Below are positions 45,535 to 57,615 of a stretch of DNA of 64,000 bases, piece by piece. A program made the position numbers and the translations under genes. How positions within the stretch are numbered: position 1 is the first letter of the stretch; every line of letters starts with the position of its first letter. This DNA comes from Macrostomum lignano (taxonomy: Eukaryota), in assembly GCA_002269645.1 (NCBI GenBank), contig NIVC01000151.1, positions 558,001 through 622,000 on the forward strand, read 5' to 3'. The notes beneath the pieces are model-generated. The model saw only the letters and a program-made list of their open reading frames with translations, was not told the DNA's origin and did not search any database.

Positions 45535-48143
45535 GCTACCTGGAATAGCATTGGAACTGCCTGGGTTAGACTGTAGCTGTAATAAAGTCCTACAACTTTT
45601 AGCATTACTTTCTGCTATGCGAAGGGTGCTTAAGCTAGAATATTTAAAAAATTCAAACAGATTATTGCAAACAGAGCAGATAGTACAAAATTATATGTTA
45701 ATATGTACTTAACTTGCTAAGCACAGGATAAATAGAAATATGCTTAGCCAACAATGACACACTAAAGTACATTTCCACTGACATTGCTAAGGCCCTTTTT
45801 AGTATTTACCATTTTTAGTATATAAATATTTAAAACTCTGTCTTTGTCACTTAATCATTAGACTTTCTTTGAATTAATATATATATTAGACTTTCTGTGA
45901 ATATCAATGATTTTTGCATTAGCATTGACCTTAGAGGTCATTTAGCAAAAGTAAATTATAACATATTTTAAGAAAAATGAATAGGCAGATGATCTTAGAT
46001 TTAACCATTCATCATTGCAATAACCAATAATTCATTTTATAGACTTTCTAATGAAAAAAAATTTGAGCTGGAAATTTCTTTGATTTCTTTTTATTGAATA
46101 TTCATAGAAATTTGTTTATTGAAAAATTTGCAAAGATTTTAAAAGCAGTATAACAAAACATTGCATATATATTAGCAAGTCATAAGACCCTCAATGGCCT
46201 CATAGAAATCTTTATACTAATGACTTAAAATCAAAATCAGTTATAAATCATATACAGATCCAGAAAATCTTGAATAGAAGGAAAGCAAAGAGTACTAAGG
46301 TGCATATAAATGTATATCATGTACATGCATACATGCATATATGCACAACCCTATCCCCTGATTTAAACTAGCAATATGACTTTATTTTTTACCAAAAATG
46401 AAACTTATCTTTGGTCAATAAAATAAAACTAAACAAAAATTAATATAATTATAGGTAAATGATAGGGATAACTATGGCTATATTATTAAGGCTAGATGCA
46501 TCATCATCTAATTAGTAAAATTGTTTATTTTTTCAAGTAGGCATTTTCGCATTTTCCTAGGCTGGGCCTTTTATCAGCTAGCTAGATCAGCTAGATGTTG
46601 CATATGTATGTATATATGTATGATAGTGCATATAGTACTTGTTCTAAGAATAGTATATATGCATTTTTATATTTTTAAAAATATATTATCTTTTTTTTAT
46701 TTTTTGCCAAATTTGTTTAACTAAAATATTTTTAGATAATATTTTGCAAAGTAAAAATTTGCTTTAGTTTCCTTATCTAGGCTTAAGTAATAAATTAATA
46801 TAACTATATACATAGAAAAGCTATTTTTAGTCATTAGTCATTGTAGGGGTGTAGGACCAAGACCGCCACACACCAAGACCGCCACACTTGGGGGAGCTAG
46901 GGGGAGGAATTTGGCTCGCCATGTTATTGGATGGTGCTGGGGGAGGGGTGAGATGGGGACGACAAGGCCGCGAGAGAGGAACCGGTGAGCGAACCGGGCG
47001 GACCTGAGTGAGCCCTCCTCGTTTTTTCATTCAATTTGAATTGTAAAGGAACTATCAATCCTAAATAAACAGCTACTATTAGTAGAAAGCTGTGAAAAAA
47101 GGCTCTTGACTTAACTGCATTCTTAATTCGCAGTTTCGAATGTGGTCCTTGAGTTGGTTATCATTGTTATAATTTGTTATAATGTGAGTTTTCATGTGTG
47201 ATTCGAGCATGTCCGATTGCCAATGCAAATTTGCCAATTCGATCGCAGGCAGGCAGGCTAACATGCACTTGTATTTAGAGGTTACGGGATGGTGAGTCGT
47301 GCAGCCATACCGTTTTTATTACGTGTACATGTACAGGCTTCCTATAAAAACGACACTAAAGTAGTCCGTGATTTGTACGAGCTGGGCCTCGATCGAGTTG
47401 TACGAGGCCTGTTATAAGCAGCTTTCATGCTCACTTTAAATCACTCAATCACTAACTCACTCACTCTCTCACCCTCTACATGTATCTTACTCGCTCACTC
47501 ACTCACTTGCACACTGATCACTCACTCAAAAGTTACTCTAATCGCTCTTAATACAATCAAAATGTATGGCACGAAAATGCATGCACATCACATGTACATG
47601 TAATCGTTTACTTTGATTTCGGATGTTCTCCCTGTTCATAAAAAAATACGTTCTAAAACTATTTGAACGAATATTAGCTACAATTGTACATTTGTACTGT
47701 ACATCACATTGGCTACCAGTGTATACTCGTGCATGTAACATGCAGTTCTGATCCCTACCATACAACAGACGGACAGTCATATCGCTACACTTGATTTTAA
47801 TTTACCATGCAATCAATTGGCAATGATCGACCTGGTACACAGTATGCACATTGTGTGATAGATACATGTATATCCATGCTCTGTACAGCTAAATTGGATC
47901 AGGAAATCATCTCTCGAGGTCAGGGGTGGTCGGAACCAGGGGTCACGGAGGGCTGGAGCCCCCCCCCCACTTTTTAGCATGATCCATCAAGTGCCCTTTT
48001 TGAATTTTAAGCAAGTGTCGGCCGGTTTTCGGCTTTGGCTTTTCTGAGTCTTGGAAGCTAAGGGCTGATATAATAGTTAATGTTGTTCTCAATCCCATTC
48101 ACTACAGTTTTATCTAATGTGCCTAAGCCTAGTGCTTTTAGTG

Positions 48144-48265
48144 CAGGGGTCAGCAAACTTTTTACCTCAAGGGCCAGATTAAGAACCTAGCGTGGCGCAA
48201 TGACTGCCCTTCTGGGTCTGCTTCCGTGGGCCCCCTAAGCGAAACGTGCCCAGGAGTCCCTGATG
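48144..48265 (+). mobile_element. hAT-like terminal fragment
   Basis: CAGGGGTCAGCAAACTTTT...GGGCCAGAT resembles common hAT/Charlie-type termini; partner end not found. Confidence 0.35.
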
Positions 48266-48494
48266 ATTGCAGGCAAGAGAAGGGAGAGGATAGGGAATAG
48301 AGAAGAGAACTATACGAGTACGATCGTAGGAGAAAGGAGAGGCTAAGGAATAAAGGAGAAGAGAGTAGACGAGAAAAGAAATAAAATAGGAGAGGGGAGA
48401 TGAATGAGGAGAGTCGAGATATAAGAGAGAGGAGAGAACGAGGGAAGGGAGAAGAGAATGGAGAGGAAAAGGGAGATGAGAGCTGATACGAGCT

Positions 48495-48900
48495 AAGAGA
48501 GGAGAGGAGATGATAAGAAAGGAGAGATGAGAGGAGAGAACAGAGAAGAGTGGAGAGGAGAGGAGAGGAGAGGAGAGGAGAGGAGAGGAGATAGGTGAGG
48601 AGAGGAGAGGAGAGGAGAGGAGAGGAGATAGGTGAGGAGAGGAGAGGAGAGGAGAGGAGAGGAGAGGAGAGGAGATAGGTGAGGAGAGGAGAGGAGAGAG
48701 GAGAGGAGAGGAGAGGAGAGGAGAGGAGAGGAGAGGAGAGGAGAGGAGAGGAGAGGAGAGGAGAGGAGAGGTGAGGAGAGGAGAGGAGAGGAGAGGAGAG
48801 GAGAGGAGAGGAGAGGAGATAGGTGAGGAGAGGAGAGGAGAGGAGAGGAGAGGAGAGGAGAGGAGAGGAGAGGAGAGGAGAGGAGAGGAGAGGAGAGGAC
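48495..48900. repeat. (GGAGA)n polypurine microsatellite
   Basis: Pentamer run with ATAGGTGA interruptions. Confidence 0.97.
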
Positions 48901-49039
48901 AATTTCACAAACTGATATAGCTAACATCAGGAGTTTGGGTGCCCTTAGATTAAAAGAAATTATGTGCAATGTGCCCTCCCAACAATAGCCCCCCCCCACT
49001 TTGAAATATTTTCCGACACTGCTGCTCGAGGTCTCTCTT

Positions 49040-49550
49040 TAATTCTCTCACACTCTCTCCACTCTCACCCTCTCTCCACTCTCACCCTCTCTCCACTCTC
49101 ACCCTCTCTCCACTCTCACCCTCCCTCCACTCTCACCCTCTCTCCACTCTCACCCTCTCTCCACTCTCACCCTCTGTCCACTCTCACCCTCCCTCTACTC
49201 TCACCCTCTCTCCACTTTCAGCCTCTCTTTACTCTCAGCCTCTACTCTCAGTCTCTTTCAACTCTCACCCTCTCTCCACTTTCAGCCTCTCTTTCAACTC
49301 TCACCCTCTCTCCACTCTCACTCTCTCCACTCTCACCCTCTCTCCACTCTCACCCTCTCTCCACTCTCACCCTCTCTCCACTCTCACCCTCTCTCCACTC
49401 TCACCCTCCCTCTACTCTCACCCTCTCTCCACTCTCAGCCTCTCTTTACTCTCAGCATCTACTCTCCGTCTCTTTCAACTCTCACCCCCTCTCCACTTTC
49501 AGCCTCTCTTTCAACTCTCACCCTCTCTCCACTCTCACTCTCTATCCACT
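49040..49550. repeat. 17-bp polypyrimidine minisatellite
   Basis: CTCTCACCCTCTCTCCA units. Confidence 0.95.
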
Positions 49551-49803
49551 CTCCGAGAAACAATGGGTGAGAAACAGTGGGTGAAACAGTGGGTGAAACA
49601 GTGGGTAAGAAACGCTCTTCCAAATATGCCAGAACTCTCATTGGCTGGGCGCTCATCAAATAGCAGTTATCCTCCACTGATACGGCCCCGAATTTGAATT
49701 TTCTGTTTATCTATAATTGTATTAGAATAGCATATCTATACAATAAAAACTGATTATCTGATATCGGAGCTTAAATAGTTTTTGATCAAGAAATATCATT
49801 AAA

Positions 49804-51663
49804 ATGGCAGGTGCATACCCATGTGTAGTGTGTGTACAGCCTGTTGTCAATGGAGAAGAAGCTATTGAGTGCTCGCAGTGTAGCGAATGGCAGCATCGTG
49901 CGTGTAACAGTCGCGTTACACCGGAGCAGTACGCTGCGATGAAACGTGTACGCGAGTTTTTCTGGCTGTGCAACCGATGCCTTAGGCCAACTACAGGTGT
50001 GCCTTCATCTGCACCCTCAGCTGCCCCAGCAGCTACTGTGCCGCCAACCTTTCCAGGATCAGGACCAGGTGGTGAGCCTATTGACCAAGAGGAGCCATTG
50101 CTTCCAGTCCCTCATCTAGAAGTGGAAGAGAGGTTTTTATTTCAGTATCCCGATTTCGCTGACGCTGAACCTGTGCTCGAAGAATCCATTCACCAGCCTC
50201 CAGCAGAGTTGGCGCCGCCTCGTAGCCCACCTCCGCAGGCTTTTGAGCATTTTCCAGGTGCTGGATTCAGCCACGGCAAAGACTTGCTGGTGCAGTACGT
50301 CAGGCGTGATCTTGGCCGCTTGATGCATGTCAAGAGCCGGCGAAACGGCAACACTTACTACCGTTGCAACAAAACTGCACCGAAATGCCTGGGCTCAGCC
50401 GTCAAGCGACAAGACGGAACCATTGAAGCCTTGAAAGAGCACACCTGCGATCCAGTCGATCAGCCAGTTAAAAAACGACGTATTGCAGCTCAGGTAAAAG
50501 CGGAAGCAAAGCGAGCGCCATTCAAATCTGCTCGCATCATCGCTGAGGAGAAAGTAAGAGAGCTCCCCCAAGAAGTGCAGGCAGTGATTAATATAGATTC
50601 CTTAAGTCGCAATGCTAATTATTCTCGTAAAAAAAGCCGCCCCGCGGAGCCAGCTAACATCCATTTTCAGGTTGATCCCGAGCACGTGCCCCCAGAGTTC
50701 CATTTGCAGGACGTTACTGTGCCAGAGACAAATGGACGGCACTTTGTCTTCATGTCTGCGACACAACGGGAGATCCTGTCCACACGACGCATTCTGCACT
50801 GCGATGGCACATTCGGCATTGTCAAGGCGCCTTTCATGCAGCTGTACAGCCTTCATGGAGCCATTCGCTGCGACAATCAAGAGCGTCTGGTTCCACTGGC
50901 ATTCTTTCTGATGTCAGGTAAGGCTCAGGCTGACTACCAAGCCTGCTTCCGGCAGGTATGGGAGTTGACTGGTAATGCACCTGTCCAATTTATCTGCGAC
51001 TTTGAGTCGGCCGCCTGGCAAGCCATTCGGCTAGTTTATCCAGCAGCCCAAGTTCGTGGCTGCTTTTTTCATTACTGCCAGGCTGTTTTCAGGCGAGTCC
51101 AGTCTCTTGGATTGCAGGTGCAGTATGCGACTTCCCCTGCGGTAAAGTTATTAGTACGCATGCTGCTTTCGATTCCTTGTCTGCCGGCTCCTTGCATGCT
51201 AGATGGCCTTGCAGCCTGCACTGCAATGGCAGGAGAGAATCAGCGCCTTCTAGAGCTAACGGAATACGTGCGTGCAACCTGGCTACAGCACCTTGTGTGG
51301 GACCGGGATGCCATTTGCGTCTTTGAGCGGTTCACAAGGACGAACAATGCCGTGGAGGCTTGGCACGCGCAGCTCAACAAGCGTGGAGAGAAAGCGCTTA
51401 ATTTCTATCTTCTGCTGACCCTGCTTCAGCGTGATGCAGAGCGGGTGCAACGTCTGCTGCAGCAAGTTCATCAAGGCCAAGCTGTCACGCACCACCAGCA
51501 AGTACATGCTAGGTACGCGCGAGTGAATGTCTGCTTTGAGACATTCTGCCGACACCTGAGAGAGGGCACTATGTTGATTGCTGCATTTCTCCGGGCCTGC
51601 AGCCATATTCATGCGCAACCTGGATGGCAGCAAGAGGGCGAGGATGATGCGCAGCAGAATTGA
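49804..51663 (+). CDS. MULE transposase with N-terminal PHD finger and FLYWCH/WRKY-like zinc finger, 619 aa, intact
   Basis: PHD C4HC3 (CVVC..CSQC..HRAC..CNRC); YYRC..C..HTC finger; catalytic D (CDGTF, 50803), D (CDFE, 50998), CFFH and E (RTNNAVE, 51355); no stops or introns. Confidence 0.93.
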   Translation: MAGAYPCVVCVQPVVNGEEAIECSQCSEWQHRACNSRVTPEQYAAMKRVREFFWLCNRCLRPTTGVPSSAPSAAPAATVPPTFPGSGPGGEPIDQEEPLLPVPHLEVEERFLFQYPDFADAEPVLEESIHQPPAELAPPRSPPPQAFEHFPGAGFSHGKDLLVQYVRRDLGRLMHVKSRRNGNTYYRCNKTAPKCLGSAVKRQDGTIEALKEHTCDPVDQPVKKRRIAAQVKAEAKRAPFKSARIIAEEKVRELPQEVQAVINIDSLSRNANYSRKKSRPAEPANIHFQVDPEHVPPEFHLQDVTVPETNGRHFVFMSATQREILSTRRILHCDGTFGIVKAPFMQLYSLHGAIRCDNQERLVPLAFFLMSGKAQADYQACFRQVWELTGNAPVQFICDFESAAWQAIRLVYPAAQVRGCFFHYCQAVFRRVQSLGLQVQYATSPAVKLLVRMLLSIPCLPAPCMLDGLAACTAMAGENQRLLELTEYVRATWLQHLVWDRDAICVFERFTRTNNAVEAWHAQLNKRGEKALNFYLLLTLLQRDAERVQRLLQQVHQGQAVTHHQQVHARYARVNVCFETFCRHLREGTMLIAAFLRACSHIHAQPGWQQEGEDDAQQN

Positions 51664-51777
51664 TCGCGATCTCTCCGTTTTGCCTGATTCAAGTGGAAAC
51701 TTTTAATAATTAACCATTTTACTTAAATCGAGTTATAAATCTCAATTCATTGCTTGCTTAGCAAATAGCTCCCTCAT

Positions 51778-52384
51778 TATCATTTTTCGCACACCATTAT
51801 ATTCTGCACTTTTATTTCAGTCCATCTGCGGCGCACAGGTAAAGCTATTAATTATTACCTAAATGCCATCATTTTTCGCATGCCATTACATTCTGCACTT
51901 TTATTTCAGTCCATCTGCGGCGCACAGGTAAAGCTATTAATTATTACCTAAATGCCATCATTTTTCGCATGCCATTACATTCTGCACTTTTATTTCAGTC
52001 CATCTGCGGCGCACAGGTAAAGCTATTAATTATTACCTAAATGCCATCATTTTTCGCATGCCATTACATTCTGCACTTTTATTTCAGTCCATATGCGGCG
52101 CACAGGTAAAGCTATTAATTATTACCTTCTAAATGCCATCATTTTTCGCATGCCATTACATTCTGCACTTTTATTTCAGTCCATATGCGGCGCACAGGTA
52201 AAGCTATTAATTATTACCTTCTAAATGCCATCATTTTTTGCATGCCATTACATTCTGCACTTTTATTTCAGTCCATATGCGGCGCACAGGTAAAGCTATT
52301 AATTATTACCTTCTAAATGCCATCATTTTTCGCATGCCATTACATTCTGCACTTTTATTTCAGTCCATATGCGGCCCACAGGTA
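51778..52384. repeat. 89/92-bp tandem repeat downstream of the transposase
   Basis: About 6.7 copies; period 89 bp for the first copies, then 92 bp after a 3-bp insertion. Confidence 0.95.
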
Positions 52385-55300
52385 AAAAAGAAAAAATCTG
52401 CGTATTCGCTAAATTTGCTTGCATCTTATCTACTGCCCCTCCAGTTTTATTTCACTGCACCCCCTGCTGGATTGTGGAGGCGGGGGCACATTTGGCTTGT
52501 GAGCGCGAATAACAAGATCTTAAACTTTTACACCGTGCTTAAAGCGAAATGTGCTGCCAGCTCCATAGGTCATCTCGAGCCCGAACTCCATGTGGCACTT
52601 ATTTATACTTAATCTCTAATCCAAATATGCTAAATCTCTAAGGTTTGTTTGCTTGCTTGCTTGCTTGTCCATAAAGCTCTAGAGCTCACTGTCCTTGACC
52701 GATTTTCTTAAAATCCAAATATACTAAATCTCTAATATTTGTATGTTTGTCCATAATCTAAATATACTAAATCTCTAAGATTTGTAAGTTTGCTTGTCCA
52801 TAGCGCTCTAGTCTAAATATACTAAATCTCTAATAATATGCTAAAATTACTATATCTGCATGTACTAATGAGGTAGAACTACTAGATTGCATAATCACTG
52901 TTTAAACTGCGCACAGAATAGCTTGCGCAAAAAAGTTCAAATTTAATTTCAATACACGACCCCATCTCTGTTTGTGATCCCTCTCTACTACATCTTTGTC
53001 TCTCCTTCTGATAGTTTAAATCAAAGCGACTTCTTTTCCAGCTTTGCATAACACTATCATAAATTAGCTACTCCAGCAATAGCATATTGTCAGGCAAGGT
53101 AACAAAAATTTATCACTTTTTTAGAATGAATGCATTGACAGCTTGCTTGGTTAGCCAACTGTCTCAGGGTTCTTATTAAATCAAGACAGGAAGCAAATAC
53201 TCTCCACCCAGTTACCACGAATAGATCGTATAGTAACAAAAACAGCTGTACTTAACTTGTTATCTCTTATAGGTTCTGAAATTCATCGCTTATAGGCTAC
53301 ATGCAACGGCCGTGCATTTTTAAAATACCAAGCCATAAATCTTAAACGGAACGAGGGGCGCACTCAAAAAATTTTAGGGGGGGGGGGTGTTACGGAGAGA
53401 GGTGGCACTGGCAAGAGGGGGCAGACCCCAGAATTTTCCTCCCTTGACCCCTCCCCCTCTGGGTGCAACCCCTGAACTGCATGGACTCGAGTCGAGCTTA
53501 AAAAAACTGTTTGTATATATAACTGTGAGTTCCAATTAATGTACTGAGTTCAAAAGGAGGGCACAAAAAAGATTTGGATAGTAACGGATTTTTTACGAGG
53601 GGCCGGCGTTAGAGATATAGCTATCAAATATTCCAAAATAGCTGCGGGTATTCAATATAGTGTGATCAGATTGAATTCAATTAAATTCTGAGCAACGTAC
53701 GAGCGTATGTGGGTGTGGCATCTATATTGCAGTTGGTGTTCCCATGTGTAATAGTGCAACCAAGCGAGGTCCCCGGAGCGAAAACCTGGATCTGCCAAGT
53801 ACAGCATGAGCATGAGGTCATGACCTCAGAAGTACATGCAAACTTTGATGGGACTAAAAGAAGTCTATCTAAAATAAAAAATGATTGTGCCATTGGTCCG
53901 ATCTTATGGTATTTTGCATATTTCGCATGTCCGATACTAGCTACAACTGTTCTAACAGATGAATGCAAGCATTTTGCAAAAGTATGCAACCATTGTTTTC
54001 TAACAATTTGTTCGCAAATCTCCCTTCGATCTGCCCTATCCACTGATATCTTCAAGTTTGCAGATTTTTCACCTAATTCAAGCATCTCCACCGCATGGAC
54101 TCCCGAAATATAAACGGAGCGCATCACACCGCAATACTTATTTGCGAGCGGCAAGGCTCAGACCACAGTTTGCAGTGCTTTAAAAACGGCTTTTTGATTT
54201 CGCAAATATTTCCTTTTTGCATAACGCTGAATGTGATTTCAGCTGCAAAAATTTGACTGCTATTGATAATTCCTGATCGGCTAGAAAAAACGTCACAGAT
54301 AGATTGGAAAACGTGTACATGTACATGTACCTTGCACTCATATGCACATACGTGCATCTCTGTATTACATTTATTACATTAAATGTATCAAGAAGTTTGG
54401 TATATTTTGAAGAGATGTCAGAATTGTCAAAATCAGTATTTATCGATCAGTACCCTTTGAAAAAATGCATGTACATGTAGCTCACACTGTACCTGTGCAA
54501 AGTTGCCGCAGTGCGCGAGAGTAAAGGATATTTGCATTTAAAAATCGGAGGCAAAATATCAAATGTGTGAAAAATTCTGTAATTTATTATAGTGCCTGAA
54601 ATTCAGAAATGAATTAAAAGCGAGAGAGTGAGTGAGTGAGTGAGTGAGTGAGTGAGTGAGTAAGAGAGTGAGAGTGAGAGAGTGTGTCAGTGTGGGAGTG
54701 GGTGTGAAATGAGTGAGACAGAGAGAGTGAGAGTGAGAGAGATCGAGATCTCTTAACCCCTCTCCATATATTCTCTCATTACATGTGCATGTAAATTTAC
54801 TCTCATCCCCTCCCTTTGCTTTCTCCGAAATTCCCGGCTTTGAGTACACAATGAAATACACACAGTGCTCGTGCTCGTACATTTCCAGACATGTAACATA
54901 TCATAGGCATTGGGCCTAAGATGCGCTTTTTCTGTTATGTGAGTGAACGATAGTTGTTAACTTGCTTTCGTCAAAATACATGTAAACCTTCGTCAAAATG
55001 AATGACACCTCTAAATCCACATACCATAGCACATATCAAGACGCTTAGATTTGTTTGTCCGTAATGCACTACGCACCCAGGGCCTTTTCATATTACCAAT
55101 TCCAGAACCAGAATCGGTTCGGAATTCCAAGAAAAACAGCAGTATAACTATTAAACTCTGTAAAAAATTTTTGAGAGGCGCTTTTTTGAAAGTGAAGTTA
55201 AATCTAATTACTCAAGCTTTTGCTCTCAAAAGCATTATTCATGCTCATCTACTGCTAAAAGTAACAAATTGTGCTTTTGTTAAAGATATTGTTAAAATTG

Positions 55301-56904
55301 CCTGGTTGACTTGCAATCGTTTTGGGCCACTTATTCGTGACCAATCTTGGGACGCTTCCTCCTCATCTAACTCCACAACCCATCACAACCAATAGCAATG
55401 CTGGAAGATTAGTAGCTCCCCCTCAATTCCAGTAGCCAGTAAGAGTTGTGGCGGTCTTGGTGTGTGGCGGTCTTGGTCATGCGCCATTGTAGGTCCTATA
55501 TATAAAAAGAAAAATAGATTTAAATAGATTTTATATTCATTTGAAGAAATTGCCTTTCTATCCATATAGAAAGCATGTTTATCAAATACTAATTACTATG
55601 TTTGCAATTTGCAGTCTTTTTTCTTTTTACCATATAGATATTTAGCCCTATTCTTTAATTAAATATATATTATTTTTGTGTTGCTCTATTGACTAGGCTC
55701 CCTGTAAAAATAACCATCTTGTTACATTATGACTTTTAAAGCAACAATAACTACCTTTTCAATAGCTAATTAAAAATAAGAGCTATAAAATTCTATTTAT
55801 TAGAACTTAGATTTATTTATTTATTTATAGGGCCTAGTGAGAGCTTTTTATCTTATAGGCTATAGTATAGCATTTGATTTGTATACTATTAAATTATACT
55901 TTAATGCCAATAATAGAATTAGTTTTTTGGTAAAAAGTTTTGTTCAACATCTAACTTTTTTGTTGATAGGCCATAGGCTTAATAAAGTTTTTTTATCAAC
56001 TTTGTCCAAGACAAAAAAAATTAAATTGACAAAATAGATTCATATGGCTATCAGGTTATGTTGCTATGGCCCAATGACAATAGTATTAGACAAATGTAAT
56101 TTATTAGTAGTAGCATGAAATGTAAAATAATAAGGCCTGGCCCAGGCCTACATGTACGTTGGGGGCGGCCCAGGGAGGCATCACAAGACACAAACCCGAA
56201 AGATCATAACTCCGAATTTGCTAGGCCTAAGCAACGACCATTATAAACCCGAAACATCACAAACCCAAAATATCATAACTCCAAAAGTGCTGGCAAAGCC
56301 TAACGCTATTTGGGTTCTGCTTTTGATTTTAGTGACTGCTTCTCATCCTTAAAGTAGGGCCAATGTATAGTTTCCGTTTGGAACTTAGTCAATTAATTCG
56401 TGGATCAAGTAAACTTCTCAATTTTGCGTCACGTCATCTATTTCAAAGAAAACTGATTCTTTGAATGAATGCTTCATAAAAAACGAAACTATCGTGATAT
56501 AGGTTTGTAAACAATAAATAAATTAGAAGGCAAACACTTGCTAGATAATGAAAAAACAATGACAAAGTCAAGCTGTGTAGAGTTTTGTTAAACTATAAGA
56601 TAATCAAAACCGCGATCAAGTTGTTATTGAAATAGTGACCGATCCTGCTCAAATGATCAGATTACAGAAGGTTGAATGTTTAGTGAGTTGGAACACTACA
56701 CATATAACAAAATTAGTGTAGGCTTCAAGCTCTTCTTAAAATATTTTAAAACATTTTCTTTTAAGGGGAGTCTAATGAATTTTATGGTGGAAGCAAAAAA
56801 TTCTGTCATTCTGCGCTGCACATTGTTTTGGGAATGCGCTATGCCTATACATGTATAGCTAATTGCTATGGCGGCCCAGCTACACTAGTGGTTGTAGCCT
56901 TAAC

Positions 56905-57200
56905 AGGGGTTGTAGCCTAGTGGCTGAGCGTCCACGCGGACTCGACTTGAATTGCTATAGGTCGGAGGTTTGATTCCCGATCCCACTGGAACAATTTGTG
57001 TCCTTGAGCAAGACTTCACATTAACTCTGCATTGCTTCATTTCACTCAGCTGTAAAATGAGTCCCAGCATCAGTTTGCCGGTGTGGGGGGGGGGGGCAAA
57101 AAGTTTTGGCATGTCCATAGCTTTTACTGAGGACATGTCTCCCCCATCCCCGGTGGCGACGCCCCCGCTTACATGTATAAAACTTGTCTCAATGTGTATA
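56905..57200 (+). mobile_element. tRNA-derived SINE with CORE-like domain
   Basis: A box TAGCCTAGTGG (56912-56922), B-box-like GGTTTGATTCC (56967-56977), then GTGTCCTTGAGCAAGAC..TTAACTCTGC..CAGCTGTAAAATGAG resembling the MIR/CORE consensus. 3' end approximate. Confidence 0.7.
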
Positions 57201-57615
57201 CATATACCTTTGAAGGCACCAAGGACTGCTGGGTGCAATATCAATTGATTTTTGTTCACTGAGAGAGTTTGCAAGCTGTTCTTCAGCGGCCACATTGCTC
57301 AATTTCTAAAAAAACATTGTAATGTAAAATCATTTTCCATTATTGACTATACTGTAATTGCTTTAAGCAAATATTATTAATTTTCAGTAACAATAAACAA
57401 ATGATTTATACAGATAACATGTGATACATGGCTTCCCAGTGCCAGCACAGCTGAGTGTACTCGTGGATACTTTTAAAGTAAAAAAAATTGTATTCTAATG
57501 ATCATGCAAATGTACATATATGCTTTGTGCTTGTGCACTTTTACATAGATTTTTATAGTTATCGTAAAATATTGACTGTTGAGGTTGAAGCGCCTCTCTT
57601 GCGTTGCTGACCGGA

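Larger units (their letters stand above)
46848..55485 (+). mobile_element. Putative full-length Mutator-like (MULE) DNA transposon, 8.6 kb
   Basis: 39-bp TIRs (46848-46886 and 55447-55485, 36/39 identical) GG(T/C)G(T/C)A(G/T)GACCAAGACCGCCACACACCAAGACCGCCACA; TSD ATTGTAGG (46840-46847 and 55486-55493; 9 bp CATTGTAGG if the terminal C is target); encloses the transposase ORF. Confidence 0.75.

Noticed and set aside
48162-49584. LSSP/HSHP-repeat ORFs
   Set aside because: Microsatellite translations.
53681-54154. Second cargo ORF inside the Mutator element
   Set aside because: AT-rich, no recognisable motif or codon bias, with an equally long antisense ORF.
56172-56290. Possible left end of another TIR element (ACAAACCCGAA repeats)
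   Set aside because: No partner end or TSD found in the window.
56905-56985. Possible tRNA gene
   Set aside because: Has A and B boxes but no convincing cloverleaf and runs directly into a SINE core.
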